In this document: positions 23,330-40,500 of the stretch, in pieces
Position numbering within the stretch: position 1 is the stretch's first letter
Layout: each line of letters opens with the position of its first letter
Assembly (NCBI RefSeq): GCF_004010195.1
Contig: NC_057744.1
Location: 14,171,839 to 14,235,838, forward strand
Origin: Chiloscyllium plagiosum
Taxonomy: Eukaryota
Direction: 5' to 3'
DNA length: 64,000 nt
The notes under the pieces: model-generated
Told to the model about the DNA's origin: nothing
What the model saw: only the letters and a program-made list of their open reading frames with translations
Database searches by the model: none
Translations under genes and position numbers: made by a program

Positions 23330-23530
23330 ATGTTGCCATAGTCTTCACAAACCATAGGGCTGCTGTCTCGTAGAAAGATGACTGGTCGTCTGAGGGCCAC
23401 CATACCTCAGGCAAGCAGACAGTTGAGAAGGAGTTTGCTTTGTGGTAACCTCAGCCAGTGGAAGAATTGAACCCCACACTGTTGATAACACACCACTTTG
23501 CAAACTAACCATCCAGGCAACTGGGCTAAA
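23330..23530 (-). mobile_element. tRNA-derived SINE of a second family (another copy at 44385-44590)
   Basis: Minus strand starts tagcccagttg...ggggttcaattc (A/B-box-like). Shares cctcagccagt..gaattgaaccc and gggctgct..tag..agatgactgg with 44385-44590. Confidence 0.55.
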
Positions 23531-24763
23531 CTGATTCTTTCCTTTGCAGTAGAACTAAGAGAGCTGGAGTGTTCAGTTATAGGAGAGAGAATATCCATAC
23601 CTTCAACTGTTTACCAATATTGAAATGAAAAGAGTAAGAGGACAGAACTGAAGTGAAATATCAAACAGCACCGTAGAACTAGAAGTTGAAGAGATGGTGA
23701 GGTGTAAAACCATAGGCAGATGTGAAACCAAGGAATACGATTTGCAATCAAAGATGTCAGCCATCATCCAAAGTCAATTAGGTGACTGATGAACAAAACA
23801 TGGTATGTGTTTTGAGTGCAAGAATTTATGGAGAGTGGAATGTGAAAGGTTAAAAGTGCAATTGAGCAGGTAAGTCTGAAGGCACCAAAAGAAGAGGATT
23901 TCAGCAGCAGGTGCTTTGAGGCAGGGGTAGAGTTTGGCAATGCTGAGGAAGGTAATCTTTGTGAGGGAGCAGATGGAAGTTCATCTTAGCAATAAATAGC
24001 ATACCAGGGTCCCTTAGATAATGATCGGGGTGGGATGAAAACTATGGTCAGAAGACGGTATTGTGCAGACCAAAACAATTATGTTGAAGAAAATTCTGTT
24101 CATCCATACCTGGAAGTTGAGCAAGCAGCATGATGGAGAGACAACAGACAATCAAGTGAGGTCATGAGATTCAGCTATCTGTTGTGAAAAGAGTCCATGT
24201 GGAACTTGGTATCATATATTCTGATGAAATTGCTGAGGGGTAGCACAGGTAAGAAATAGTAGTAGGCCAAGGATAAATTCTTGAAGTATTTCAGAGGTAA
24301 TGGTAAAAGGTATGAAGAGAAAATAATGCAGAAACTTCTTTGGTCATAAATGGACCAGGAGGACTGTTATCAGGTGTGTATAATATCAGCAGAAGTGAAA
24401 TTTGTAAGAACATGATGTGATCAACTGTATCAAATATACATATAAGTGAGAAAGAACAAGAAGGGGTCATTCACCTTAGTAACGTTGGATATTAGTTATG
24501 ATTTTGATTAGGGCTATTTCAGTGCTGTGAACAGATTGAAACCTGATAAAGGTTACAACATAGAGTTGCAAGTTAGTTGAACATGGTTTGAATTAATGAC
24601 AATACCTACAAGGTCTTGAGGAAAACAGAAGTAGTAGATTGTAATCCAGAAAATCGAAAATGTGGACAGTAAATTGTGGTTGCATCAGAACACAGTGGAA
24701 ATGATAGGAGTAGAAAATGTCAGAAATACTATAGTGAGATAAAGTTGACATCAATTGGTTGGA

Positions 24764-25035
24764 CCAGACAAAATTGAGGATTGCAGAAGCTGGAGATTAA
24801 GAGTCAAGACTGTGGTACTGGAAAAGCACAGCTGGTCAGGCAGCATCCAAGGAGCAGGAGAGTGGACGTTTCGGACAAAAGCCCTTCATCCGGAAGGGAA
24901 CGGTGGACTCGTGTTCCTCAGATGCTGCCTGACCTGCTGTGCTTTTCCAGCAGCACATTCGACATCAATTGGTTGGAGTCAAGATGAGAGTGGTTTTGGA
25001 AAATCGACGTTTCGGGCAAAAGCCCTTCATCGGAA
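24764..25035 (-). mobile_element. Short Penelope-derived non-autonomous elements (second family) with internal inverted repeat, 17-bp flanking direct repeat and two hammerhead-like motifs
   Basis: gacatcaattggttgga at 24747-24763 and 24961-24977. Inverted arms ~24820-24863 and ~24907-24949. Minus-strand GAUGA-A-GGGC(UUUU)G(U/C)CC-GAAA-CGUC at 24865-24895 and 25004-25035. Confidence 0.6.
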
Positions 25036-25734
25036 ATGAGGCACACAGCCTCCGGGGTGGAGAGAGTCAGGTTGAGCCATTGACAACGTTATGGTTACGA
25101 GAAGCTTGGAAAGATCATGAACTTCTGGAAATATTTAATAAAGAGTCAGATATCATGCAAACCATGAGGCTGAAAAATGTGACAAAGCTAGATAAAAGCA
25201 AAATACTGCAAATGTTGGAAATCTTTGCAGAAAAAAATGCTTAAGAAAATCAAAAGGTTTGATTTGACGTCTTCAGAACTGAAGAGAACTGGTGAATTCG
25301 GAAGTCACGACAGAATATCGGATGGTATCCAACTACTTTTTTGTAGTAATGGTAATACCTTTAATGTGCAATGAATGTTTGGTCTTACAGGACTAGTTAT
25401 ACGTGAATAAAAACAAAGGTTTACAAAAATACATTTATTTATGATCTCCGTAAGTACGTTACTGAACGTTTCAAGTCAGAAATGTAGAAATTACGTTTTC
25501 CGTTTGAATATTTTGCACACTTCGGTGCCTCATGCAAAATTGGAACATTGTCTAAATATGACAAGAAACTATTTATACTCTGATTCCAGCTACAAGATGT
25601 AAATTTAAGAGACCCTCCGTATTACAGCAGAATCAATTCAACAAAAGAATGCGGATGTTGGAGAAATGAGGTAAGGACAGAAAGTGCTAGAAAGGCCCAA
25701 CAGGTTTTACTGAGTTCGGGGGGGGGAGAGAGCC

Positions 25735-25905
25735 CGGAACGTCCGCCAATCAGAGCCCGCGTACGGCTTCCCGCCACACCCGCTGACGTACCCGGCCCGG
25801 CTCGGGCGCCTGATTGGTCAGCGGCGGTGGATGACGCAGTCCGCTTTCTAGAACATTCCAGCGAACTTTAAAAGGCGACTCTGGGCGCGGTTCGTTCTCA
25901 TTGCG
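25735..25905 (+). promoter_or_regulatory. Promoter of hspa8 copy B: CCAAT boxes, CRE-like sites, HSE, TATA-like box, initiator; start of a CpG-rich island
   Basis: CCAAT 25746, ATTGG 25813, TGACG 25784 and 25832, perfect 3-unit HSE tTTCt aGAAc aTTCc 25845-25859, TTTAAAA 25867-25873, CTCATTG at 25897 about 30 nt downstream. CpG-dense to ~26560. Confidence 0.8.
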
Positions 25906-25959
25906 GAGCTGCGGACATTGCCAACAGCTCTCTGTGTAAGACCGGGCACTGAGTAGCAG
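25897..25959 (+). other. Probable non-coding exon 1 of hspa8 copy B
   Basis: Initiator-like CTCATTG to donor CAG|GTAACA at 25959/25960. An alternative donor TGT|GTAAGA lies at 25935/25936. Confidence 0.55.
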
Positions 25960-27285
25960 GTAACAGCAGGAGGCGGAGAAGGCAAATTATTCAGGGGGGG
26001 GGGAAAAAAAGCCCAACCTTAGTAACACCTGGAATCGCATTAGAATAGCTGGGGGAAGCGAGCGGGGTCCTAGCCTGAGGCCACGGCGTCAGTTTGCGTG
26101 TTTGTGTTAATTTGTTTCTCTTTGCCGCGTTTCCGTTTGGTTTTCGTGATTCGGGTGTGGGGTAAGACTATGGATTTTGCCCCCTTCCGCCACTTGAGAA
26201 CTGGATGGGAGATCTGGACCTTCCTGTGAGGAGATGGTGGTCGATTCTCCACCTTCGCCCATGGTTTTGGCGAATGGGTGGTGGTGGTGGGGGTGGGGTG
26301 TTTGCTTGGAGGCTTCAGGCCGTACATCTCTGTAGAGCGGAACGTAGTGCTCTTGAATAGAACAATCTAGAAATGGCGGAAGCCGGCCTCGGCGAAAGCG
26401 AAACTGTTTCGGCCTCGGTGTGTTTTGTTACTGATGGGGCCCCTTGCCGGGGAGACCACGTGCTGCGGCCGGACACGTGCTTGGGGGGGGGGTCGAGGTG
26501 GCTGACGGGGAGCACTTCCCCCAAGGGATTGCTTTCAAAAGACCGCGTGTTATGCAACAAGAACGGGTTGCTTGGATTACCTCCAACTCTTGGTGGTTTC
26601 TTGGGTGGGGAATAAAGTAATAATAGCGATCTTTTGGAGAGATGATTTCACGTTTTTAAGTTAACTTAGCCTTCCCGGAATGGAAGACTTGGCAGCCCTC
26701 GAGTGTGGCGCTGGAGAAGCGCAGCAGATACAGATAGCATCTCAAGGGCAAGAGAACTTGTGTATCAGGAAGGGCTTTTGGCCAAACATGGATTCTCCTG
26801 CTCCTCGGTCGCTGCCTGACCGGCAGCGTTTTTCTAGCACCACACTCTGGACTTGGATCTCCAGCATATGCAGTGCTCGCTTTCCTCAGAAGATTTTGCG
26901 TATTTTTACCCAAAACATTCATTTCTCATTGGTAGGGCTGAATGCATAGCCCTGGGAGGCAAATATGTTTGCTGTGCTTTCCCCATCTCATGGTTTTTTA
27001 GTTTCTAGCAGCATACTTTGTTAATACAGCAAGCCTTCCTGGCAGGCAGTGGACAGAAGGCTAGGTGTGGCTGCTTGTTTCAGTCATGTTGCAACAAGTT
27101 AGTAACTGGAGTTACTCATTGGGATCATCACAAGGGTGATTGTAACACAATATAACAGTGATAATTTAAAGTACTTTTATGCTATAAAACTGCTGAAAGT
27201 CTAAATCATGCATCAGGGTGACAGATGACTGATTTGTGGACTTTAGACTTCAGCTAAGCTCTGAATATTGACTCTTGCAGGTGAA

Positions 27286-30748
<3,463 letters not shown>

Positions 30749-30900
30749 ATATACAGCATGTCTATTGGTCACTAGTGTTTGACTGGGATTGGCTAATAAG
30801 TGCACTTAAACTGTCTTGTATATTGTTCTAACACTCAACTGACTTTTAAGTGCCAAAGTTTTGGATGCACTTGAACATCAATCTAATAATTGTCAGTCTT

Positions 30901-30906
30901 AATAAA
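30901..30906 (+). terminator. Polyadenylation signal of copy B
   Basis: AATAAA ~150 nt after the stop codon, T/GT-rich sequence downstream. Confidence 0.7.
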
Positions 30907-31904
30907 AAAAAACTATGACCAGAACTCTTGTGGGCTTTTTTGTCAGCATATCATATTGTTATTTGGGTTAAATGTCTGTTTCAGAGCACACGTTTTCTCA
31001 TGTAATTTTAAGGTTCTGGTGATCATTTGTGATTTTAAACTTAGTCAGGCTCCAACTCATGTTCTTGACCCTAATCTAATTGGGGAATGTGAAAATGAAG
31101 GTGGATGAGTTTCCTTTCATAGGGAAATAAGAAATTCAGGGAAATAGTTCAGTGGTGAGCTGAAACCAGTGATCTTGCAGTGACAGTGTTAAGAGCCAAA
31201 AGGTGGAAGTCGAATTCAAGTTTAAACCACAGGTTTGGCTTGTATAGGACAGTTAATAGTATCGTGTTCTGTCAAGTTGATCATGTCAATTTCCCTATGC
31301 TGCTTGTACTGAAAAATTTAGTACAAGAGACATAATGAAATTGATGACAAGTTCTTTAACATAACAATTCTGAAGGAGGGTCAACAGACCTAAATTCTCT
31401 TGATTTCTCATCACATGCTGCCTAGCTTTTCCAGGAATGTATTTTTTAGTTGATAATGGGGGTTCAGTGATTTAGTGATACCATTGAATGGCAAGAGATG
31501 TGACTATTTGTTAGTGTTAGCCTAAGTCTGGATATTATCCAAATCTTGTAGCATTTGAACGTGTTCTGCCAATCAGCAGCAAGCATCTGACCTTTTGAGG
31601 GGCAAGTAATTAGTGCAGCTGAAGATGGCTGGGTCTAGAACACCTAACTTGCATCACTGGTGAATAGTATTCACAGAATCAAATGTAACAGTATTGCCTC
31701 TAGTTGCCTTTACACACCTGCACAAGGGAGGAGCTGGCAGAAAAGAGTGGAACAGCACAGGTGAGAGTAATTCAGGAGCTGTAGCAAGAGTTCTTGTGTA
31801 GGAGAAAGAAGCTCTAAAGGAAGGACAAGGCAACTGACTGACAGAAGTCATGTGCAGCTTAAAAGCCAGGGCAAAGGACTTGATATCCCAGTATGAGCAA
31901 AACT

Positions 31905-32190
31905 GAGTGTACAGAATCCCATGCCACAAAACGACACAACCAGCTATACTTAGCCACACAGATGACAAGCAACATGAGTTCAACAGGGACAACACTACTA
32001 TTTATAGGACAAGTCAAACAGAACAGCCAGGGGATTCCTAGAGGCATAGCACTCATCGACAAACACATCAACCTGGACCCAATATACCAGCCACTGCTGC
32101 AGACAGCTGAAATGGACAACCGGAAGCAGCAGAGACAAACCACTATAAATGCTGGAGGAAACCACACAGAACATAGAAGTGCTTCACAAC
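31905..32190 (+). mobile_element. Penelope-like element fragment (GIY-YIG C-terminus, frameshifted)
   Basis: Across frames reads ATKRHNQL..HTDDKQHEFN.DNTT.IGQ...FLEA*HS...KHINLDPIYQPL, like the REFLEAWHS...IYxPL end of Penelope ORFs. Confidence 0.6.
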
Positions 32191-32409
32191 ATTGGGATGG
32201 ATGAGAGATAATGGGGAATAAAAAAAATATTTGTGTTAATATGCAAGTTGGTAAACATGAGTAACACCAAAAATTCAAGGGATTTGGGGGCATAGGTGCA
32301 GGTGGATGCCATCACCAAGTAGAATACTAGAAAAACAAAGATATGAAGGTGGATAAATCACCTGGACCAAATGAAATTCACCCCAGTGTTTGTTTTTTTT
32401 TAAGAATTG

Positions 32410-32775
32410 CGACAGTGTGGAAATAGGCCATTTGGCTCAACAAGTTCATACTGACCCTCTGAAGAGCAACTACCCAGACTCATTTTCCTACTGTATTACT
32501 CTACATTTCCCCTGAGTAATGCTTCTCATCTACATATCACTGAGCAATTTAGCATAGCCAATTCATCATTACATTTCCCCTGACTAATGTACCTAATCTA
32601 TGCATCCCTGAACACTATGGGCAATTTAGCACAGCCAGTTCATCTACCTGCGCATTTTCAGATGTGGGAGGAAACCGACAGACATGGGGAGAATGTGCAA
32701 ACTCCACACAATCACATGCGGGTGGAGTCTAACCCGGGCTCCTGGTGATGTGAGGCAACAGTGTTAACAGCCACT
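32410..32775 (-). mobile_element. V-SINE (HE1-like), degenerate, with a partial internal duplication
   Basis: acagtgtggaaataggcc tail, ggggagaatgtgcaaactccacaca core, gtgaggcaacagtgttaac head; catttcccctga.taatg occurs twice. Confidence 0.75.
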
Positions 32776-34199
32776 GCTGAAGATGAATGAGATAGTGGTG
32801 ATCTTTCAGGAATCACTGGCGTCAGGGAAGGTCCCAGAGGACTCATTAATCATTATTGTAACTCCACTGTTTAAGAAGGGAATAAGACAAAAGATGGGGA
32901 ATTACAAACTGATCTGGTCAGAGACAAAAAAAATGCTGGAATCCAAAGAAGACAAACAGGAGGCAGGAAGAACACAGCAAACCAGGCAGTGAAGTCAACA
33001 TTTCAGATCAGATCATTCATCAGCTCCAAAAGCATATGATCTCAAATAAACCTGTTGGACTGTAACCTGGTGTCATGTGACTTCTGAGGCTGATAGTTAT
33101 ATGACATGGGAACTTGCTGAAGTGGGAGAAACAATGCTAATGCCACCAAACCTGAAATTGGGAGTGAAAGACTCCTTAACAACTGAAATTTAAAATGCAA
33201 AACCACAAATCTTGAAAGATAAGTAAAGGATGAGCTTTTATATAAATAACTACAGTGGCAGAATAAGGAGGATAGTAACATTGCATAGCATTCCCATTTT
33301 TTGTGAGTAGGTTAATCCACTAATTACTAATGATATGCAAGATAGTTGTATTTTACTGATAAACTTACTAGAAAATTCAGGAGAAACTTATTCACCCGGA
33401 GATATACTCACAATATGGAACCTGCTTAACGTATTGTTGAGATCAAAATGTGTATAAAGTTCATATGAAAAGCCTGAAAAGGTCAGCTGAGCTGTACTAC
33501 CTGTTTGTGTGCTTTAGACTTCAAGTTAAAACAAAGTTGTCATTCCTGTTGGTCAAGAAGTAATACATTTAACATTTAGATGTGCTCGGAAATCTGCCAG
33601 CATGAGCCCTGGATTTTCTGGTACGATCATTCTGGATTAATAAAATGTTTTAAACCTTCCTGCTTTGCCTAAGATAAACAACCATGCGACTCATATTTAG
33701 TTATTCTTGCTTCCTTCATAACACAATGCTCTTCACGTGATCCACTCCTGGGACTTAGGCTCATTGGTGGTCACACAATATTCACTTTCTCTACTTACCA
33801 CCTGAAATAAGTTTGTGTGAGGCTGAAAATTTCAAAGGGACAGTTTAGGTCAGTTCCAAAAGTATACTTAACTCTTATCCCCATGGATGTGGGCTGACCT
33901 TAGCAGCAGCCATTTATTTGGATACAGGTAAGTCCTTATTGTCAAGTCATGTGATCCCTACGTTCCTAAGTATTTTGCTATCACGTTTGTAAAATGCAAT
34001 ACAAATTTAAAATTCGATATAGCTATATATTGTAATTCACTAGTACTGACTGCCTCTAGACAATTCCCCCAGCAATTCCAAATTCTTTACTCTTAATTTA
34101 CCTGGCATCCCAATTCAGCTACACAGCTAACTCATGTGCTCATCTAGATTTGACAGAGTTTAGGACCTTCTGAAAAAACTTAATCTGGCCCAATTAGCT

Positions 34200-35460
34200 G
34201 CATATTTAAGCCTGGTGGTCCAGAACTTGCCACCCTCTTAGCCAAACTGTCTCAGTACAATCACAACATTGACACCTACCCGACAATGTGGAAAATTGTT
34301 CAGGTATGTCCTGAACAATAACCACCTCAATTATGTCCTAGCCAATTACCACCTCATCACTTTATTCTCGATCATCAGTAAATTGATGGAAAGTGTCATC
34401 AATCGAGCTGTCAAGCAGCACCTGCTCAGCGACGCCCAGTTTTGGTTCCACTGGGACCACTCAGCTCCTGTCCTCATTACAGCCTTGGTTCAAATATAGA
34501 CAAAAGAATTGAATTTCAGAGCTGAGGTGAGTGTGATAGCCATAGACATCAAGGCTGCAATTGACCAAGTGTGGCATCAAGCAGTCCCAGCAAAATTGGA
34601 ATCAATGGGTATTAGAAGGAAAACTGTCACGTGGTTGGAGTCATACTTGACAAATAGGAACATGATCATAGTTGTTGGAGGTCATCTCATCTCCAGGACA
34701 TCTCTGTATGAGTTCCTCAGGGTAGTTCTTAAGCCCAACCATTTTCAGCTGCTTCATCAATGATCTTCCCTCCATCATAAGGTCAGAAGTGGGGATGTTC
34801 AGTAATAATTGCATCACTGTTTGCGACTCCTCAGATACTGGAATAGTCCATGTTCAAATGCAACAGCATCTGTATAATATCCAGCCTTGGGATGACAAGT
34901 GGCTAGTAACATTCACATCACACAAATGCGAATGACCAATAAGAAACAATCTAACCACCACCCATTAACATTCAATGGTGTTACCTTCACTGAATTCTCC
35001 CATTATCAACATCCTGAGGATTATCATTGACCAGAAGGTCAACTGGACTCTCAACACCTAAATGCAATGGCGACAAGAGTAGGTCAGATTCCTGATTCCC
35101 CAAAGCCTGTCCACATCTACAAGACACTAGTCAGGAGTGTGATGGAATATTCCCCACCTGCCTGGATGAGTGCAGCTCCAACAACACTCAAGATGCTTGA
35201 CATCATCCAGGAAAAAGTAGCCCACTTAATTGGCACTACATCCACAAACATTCACTCCCTCCACCATTGATGCTAGGTATCTGCAGTGTGTACTAATGCA
35301 CCATAGAAATTCACCATAGCAAGATCCTCAGACAACACCTTCCAAATGCACGACCACTTCCATCTGTAAGAAAAAGGGCAGTGGATAAGTGGGAACACCA
35401 CCACCTTCAAATTCCCCTCCACACCACACACCATCCTGGCTTTGAAATATATCGTCATTT
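34200..35460 (+). mobile_element. Degenerate LINE of a second CR1/L2-clade family (RT region), split by a nested CR1; its 3' end resumes at 37340-37520
   Basis: ORF fragments IISKLMESVINRAVKQHL, DIKAAIDQVWH, WLESYLTNR, YKTLVRSVMEYSPPAW. Confidence 0.8.
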
Positions 35461-37340
35461 AGAGTCATAGAGATGTACAGCATGGAAACAGACCCTTCGG
35501 TGCAACCTGTCCATGCTGACCAGATATCCTAACCCAATCCAGTCGCACCTGCCAGCAACCGGCCCATTCCCTCCAAATCATTCCTATTCATATACCCACC
35601 CAAATGCCTCTTAAATGTTGCAATTGTACCAGCCTCCTCCACTTCCTCCGGCTGCTCATTCCATACACATACCACCCTCTGTGTGAAAAAGTTGCCCCGT
35701 AGGTCTCTTTTATATCTTTCCCCTCTCACCCTAAACCAAGCCCTCTAGTTCTTGACTCCCCGACCCCAGGGAAAAGACTTTGCCTATTTACGCTATCCAT
35801 GCCCCTCATCATTTTGTAAACCTCTATAAAATCACACCTCAGCCTCTGACGCGACAGGGAAAACATCCCCAGCCTGTTCAGCCTTTCCCTATAGCTCAAA
35901 TCCTCCAACCCTGGCAACATCCTTGTAAATCATTTCTGAACCCTTTCAAGTGTCACAGCATGTTTCAGATAGGAAGGAGACCAGAATTGCATGCAATATT
36001 TCAACAGTGGCCTAACCAATGTCCTGTACAGCCACAACATGACCTCCCAACTCCTGTACTCAATACTCTGACCAATAAAGGAAAGCATACCAAACGCTGT
36101 CTTCACTATCTTATCTACCTGTGACTCCAATTTCAAGGAGCTATGAACCTGCAATCCAAGGTCTCTTTGTTCAGCAACACTCTCTATGACCTTACCATTA
36201 AGTGTATAAGTCCTGCTCACCGGTCTATAGTTCCCTGGCTTGTCTTTACCGCCCTTCTTAAACAGTGGCACCACGTTTGCCAATATCCAGTCTTCCGGCA
36301 CTTCACCTGTGACTATCGATGATACAAATATCTCAGCAAGAAGCCCAGCAATCACTTCTCTAGCTTCCCACAGAGTTCTCGGGTACACCTGATCAGGTCC
36401 TGGGGATTGATCCACCTTTAACCGTTTCAAGACATCCAGCACTTTCTCCTCTGTAATCTGAACATTTTGCAAGATGTCACTATCTATTTTCCTACAGTCA
36501 TTATCTTCCATATCCTTTTCCACAGTAAATACTGATGTAAAATACTCATTTAGTATCTCCCCCATTTTCTGCGGCTCCACACAAAGGCCACCTCACTGAA
36601 CTTTGATGGGCCCTATTCTCTCCTTAGTTACCCTTTTGTCCTTAATGTATTTGTAAAAGCTCTTTGGACTCTCCTTAATTCTATTTGCCAAAGCTATCTC
36701 ATGTCCTCTCTTTGCCTTCCAGATTTCGCTCTTAAGTATACTCCTATTTCCTTTATACTCTTCTAAGGATTCACTCGATTTATCCTGTCTATGCCTTACA
36801 TATGCTGCCTTCTTTTTCTTCACTAAACCCTCAATTTCTTTAGTCATCCAGCATTCCCTATACCTACCTGCCTTTCCTTTCATCCTAACAGGAATATACT
36901 TTCTCTGGATTCTCGTTATCTCATTTCTGAAGGCTTCCCATTTTCCAGACGTCCCTTTATCTGCGAACAACTGCCCCCAATCAGCTTTTGAAAGATCTTG
37001 CCTAATACCGTCAAAATTGGCTTTCTCCAATTTAGAACTTCAAGTTTTAGATCTGGTCTATCCTTTTCCATCATTATTTTAAATCTAATAGAATTATGGT
37101 TGCTGGCCCCAAAGTGCTCCCCCACTGGCACCTCAGTCACCTTCCCTGCCTTATTTCCCAAGAGTAAGTCAAGTTTTGCACCTTCTCTAGTAGGTACATC
37201 CACATACTGAATCAGAAAATTGTCTTGTACGCACTTAACAAATTCCTCTCCATCTAAATCCTGAACAGTATGGCAGTCCCAGTCAGTGTTTGGAAAGTTA
37301 AAATCCCCTCTCACAACCACCCTATTTTTCTTACAGATAA
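35461..37340 (-). mobile_element. CR1/HER1-type LINE (5'-truncated, most of RT deleted) nested in the older LINE
   Basis: Minus ORFs with GDFNFP, SPGPDQVYPRTL, PEDWILANVVPLFKKG fused directly to RTYTLNGKV; family tail at 35461. Confidence 0.9.
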
Positions 37341-37520
37341 GTTCTTCACTGTTGCTGGTTCAAAATCCTGGAATTCTCTCACTAATGGTAATGTGGGTCA
37401 ACCCACAGCAGGTGGGCTGCAGTGGTTCTGAAAAGCAGCTAACCACCACTTTCTCTAGGGCAACTAGGGATGGGCAATAAATGTTGGCCAGCCAGCAATG
37501 CCAAATTCCATTACTGAATA
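37340..37520 (+). mobile_element. 3' end of the LINE interrupted at 35460
   Basis: ttcactgttgctggttcaaaatcctggaat...gggcaactagggatgggcaataaatgttggcc; a similar tail occurs at 48610-48730. Confidence 0.65.
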
Positions 37521-40500
37521 AAAGAAAAATTGTACAGTTTTGGTCTGTTTTTTTAGGGAAGAATGTAAATGGTTTGGAGATAGATCAGATGAAGTTCACA
37601 AGTTTAATATCTTTTGCATGTTTGGAAACCTGTGGTGGAGGTAAATTGGATTTTTTTTCGGCGGTGGAATCCAAGGTTACTCGGAGTAGATGAGAATGCG
37701 GATTTCAAAACACAAACAGTTCAGGCACAATCTTATTGAATGGTGGAGCAGGTTCAAAGTACCAAATGGCCTACTTGTGCTCCTAATTTGTACATTCGTA
37801 TATTGTAGCCAACTTCGAAAGAGAATGACTTTCAAAACTTCTGCTGGTACAAATAACAAAGAATAAATGAAGGTTGTGTGATAATCACTTGAACTGCTTT
37901 CCCACCTTATGTGAACACGATCTGTTGACATCTGCTGTGATTCTGCATATGTTTAGCAATAGTTCATTCAGAATGTCTTTTCAAAACATGCCAGAACTGA
38001 CTGTACAGATTTAAAGGTAAATAGAAATTAAAAGCATATAAATTGTTGTTTAAAAAAAAGACTTACCTAAAGGTGTTCAACACTTATTTATTATTCTATT
38101 CATTCTTTGGACGATATGTAATAAAGATCTGAAATCGTTCCTGACAAAAAATTTGGAAAAACAGCAAGTTTGGTTGTCAGAAAATGAAAAATAAATGGAA
38201 GTCAGCATAATGCCATGTAAACTGATATGGTGTAATGACACAAATTTTATGCCTTCTTAAGTTTGCTGTGACTGCAAGGGCTATTATACTTTACTTTTCT
38301 ATTTTTTGATGATGTAGTTTGTTGCTTTGAAATATTCTTCATTACATGAATGGTGACAATATGATAGCTAAAATTTCATCATTTGTACCTACCTTTAAGA
38401 GAAACAACAAAAATTTCATTGAGGTCATTGTTCATGAGTGACATATTTTCAACAAGGATGTGTTGAATAAATTGTTTCATATGTACAGCCAGTTGCATAT
38501 TGGTAACAGTGAGTATTTGTATAATGGATTGGACTATAACTACAGCAGAAGTCAGTTAAATTGAAATTGAATAATGATTAATAACACAGTTTGCACCTGT
38601 TATTATTGCATGATCATTCCCTTGTTGATTCATTCTTGACCTTGGTGAGGTTACTAGAAAAGTGTCAAATAGGGATTAGGAGCCGTTCCAGATCAGTCAG
38701 CTGGACTGTACTGCTATGTGTGTGACCTCTGACCACTTACACTGTAAAATTATGGGTACCTAAATGCAAGGTGACCATATTTTTTTCTTAGCAGTGCAAA
38801 TCTGCAAGTTGTGGGTGAAATGGCTTAAAAATATCTTTGCTACAAACTTAAAAACTCGGAGCAGGAATAGACCATTGCAGGTCTTGCTTAATTCTGATCT
38901 GCCATTTGATACAATTTTTTGTTCAGCTTTACCCCCACATCCCCTCTCATTCTGAATGTCTTTTGATTCCATTTGAGATTAAAAATTTGCCTGCAGTATT
39001 TCACTTTAATCCCAAATTCCCCAATTGGAGAAAACAACCTCTCCATGGATACTCTATCAAGCACCTTCAAATCTTTTCTGTTTCAATGCAATCATCTCTC
39101 ATTGTCCAGAAGACACAATCTACTCAATGTCTTATCATAAAACAGAGATCTCTCCCCAGGGATCAATCTTTGTTATATCACCTCAATTACAAGTACATCT
39201 TGTTTTAAAATGTGGAGACGAAGACTGTGCATGGTACTCCAGGTGTGGTTTCATCAAGTTCCTGTACAATCAGAGGAGAGTGTCCTAATATTGCAATCCT
39301 CTTACAATAAAGGGTAGCCTGTAATTTGTCTGCCTAATTGTTTGTTGTACCTGCATGCTAATTTCCTTTTTTCCTTGTGTAAGTACACCTAATCTTTCTG
39401 AACGTCAGCTTTTATAAGTCTTGTGCCTTTTAAAAAAGTATTCTGCTTTTCTATTCTTGTTAATAAAATGAACAAGCTCCATCTGCTCCAAGCTCCAAGA
39501 ACTGAGGATGCTGAAGTCAGAAACAAAAGCAAAAATTTCTGGAAAAACTCAGCAGGTCTGGCAGCATCTGTGGAGATAAAGCAGAGTTAATATTTCATGA
39601 CCTTTCTTCAAAATTCAACCTTCATTTGTTGCCACTTATTTAACCTGCCATTGTGACAGCTATGTGCTAAAAAATAAAAATTGTTGTTACTGACCAAGAT
39701 GTGTTTTAAAAAAAGAGAAAAAACGTCATCTCTACTCACCCATTCATAACAGTATACTGTATGAGAAATGGATGCTGACTGGTTGGTAAGTTGTCTTTGA
39801 TGGTTGATACATTGCCATGGAGAATGCAGCAGTGAAGTTTTTATCTCGAACACTTTCATTTCTGTAAAACAATGCAAAGAATAAAGGTTTCAAGTTTTAT
39901 GTTAAATTATTTTTCACTATTTATTTCCTCCTGGGTTGAATCTGTGATTGAGAAAACAAATGGTCAAGCCATCTACTTTCAAGATACTGTTATTAATCAG
40001 ACATCTGAGGTGCACGAGGACAGGTTTTCTACTTATTTTCTTGCCCTGTCTGAGAGGAATACCCAGCCACTAATTTGCATCTTCTCACAATGATTTGACT
40101 GAACACACAAACTGGGTGGAATAGAATTTGATCAGCATAATCTCAATTTATGGTGTGTATCTTGGTGTTGCGCTAATATTTTATTCATTCAGGAGAATTA
40201 TTTTGAGCCACATTTTGTTCAAATTTGAAGTCACAAAAAGACCCCCCACAAAGATCAGCCCTTCATCCTTCCATATTTGTAAATTATTACTCCATCTCCA
40301 ACTATTCCTTCTCATCTCAAGTCCTTGAACCTGCAGTTGGCTCCCAAATGCATACTCATCTTTCCTGAACACCATTTTTGCATTTCTCTGTTCAGATTTC
40401 TGCCTATGTGTCAGTACCAAAACAGCTAATTTCAGTGTCTCATTCTTTGTGACTGTGACCGTACTAAATTATCACTCCTCATCCTTCTTGACCATCCCAT

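Noticed and set aside
26070-26949. Several 80-90 aa ORFs on both strands in intron 1 of copy B
   Set aside because: GC-rich CpG-island sequence with few stop codons; no recognisable protein features.
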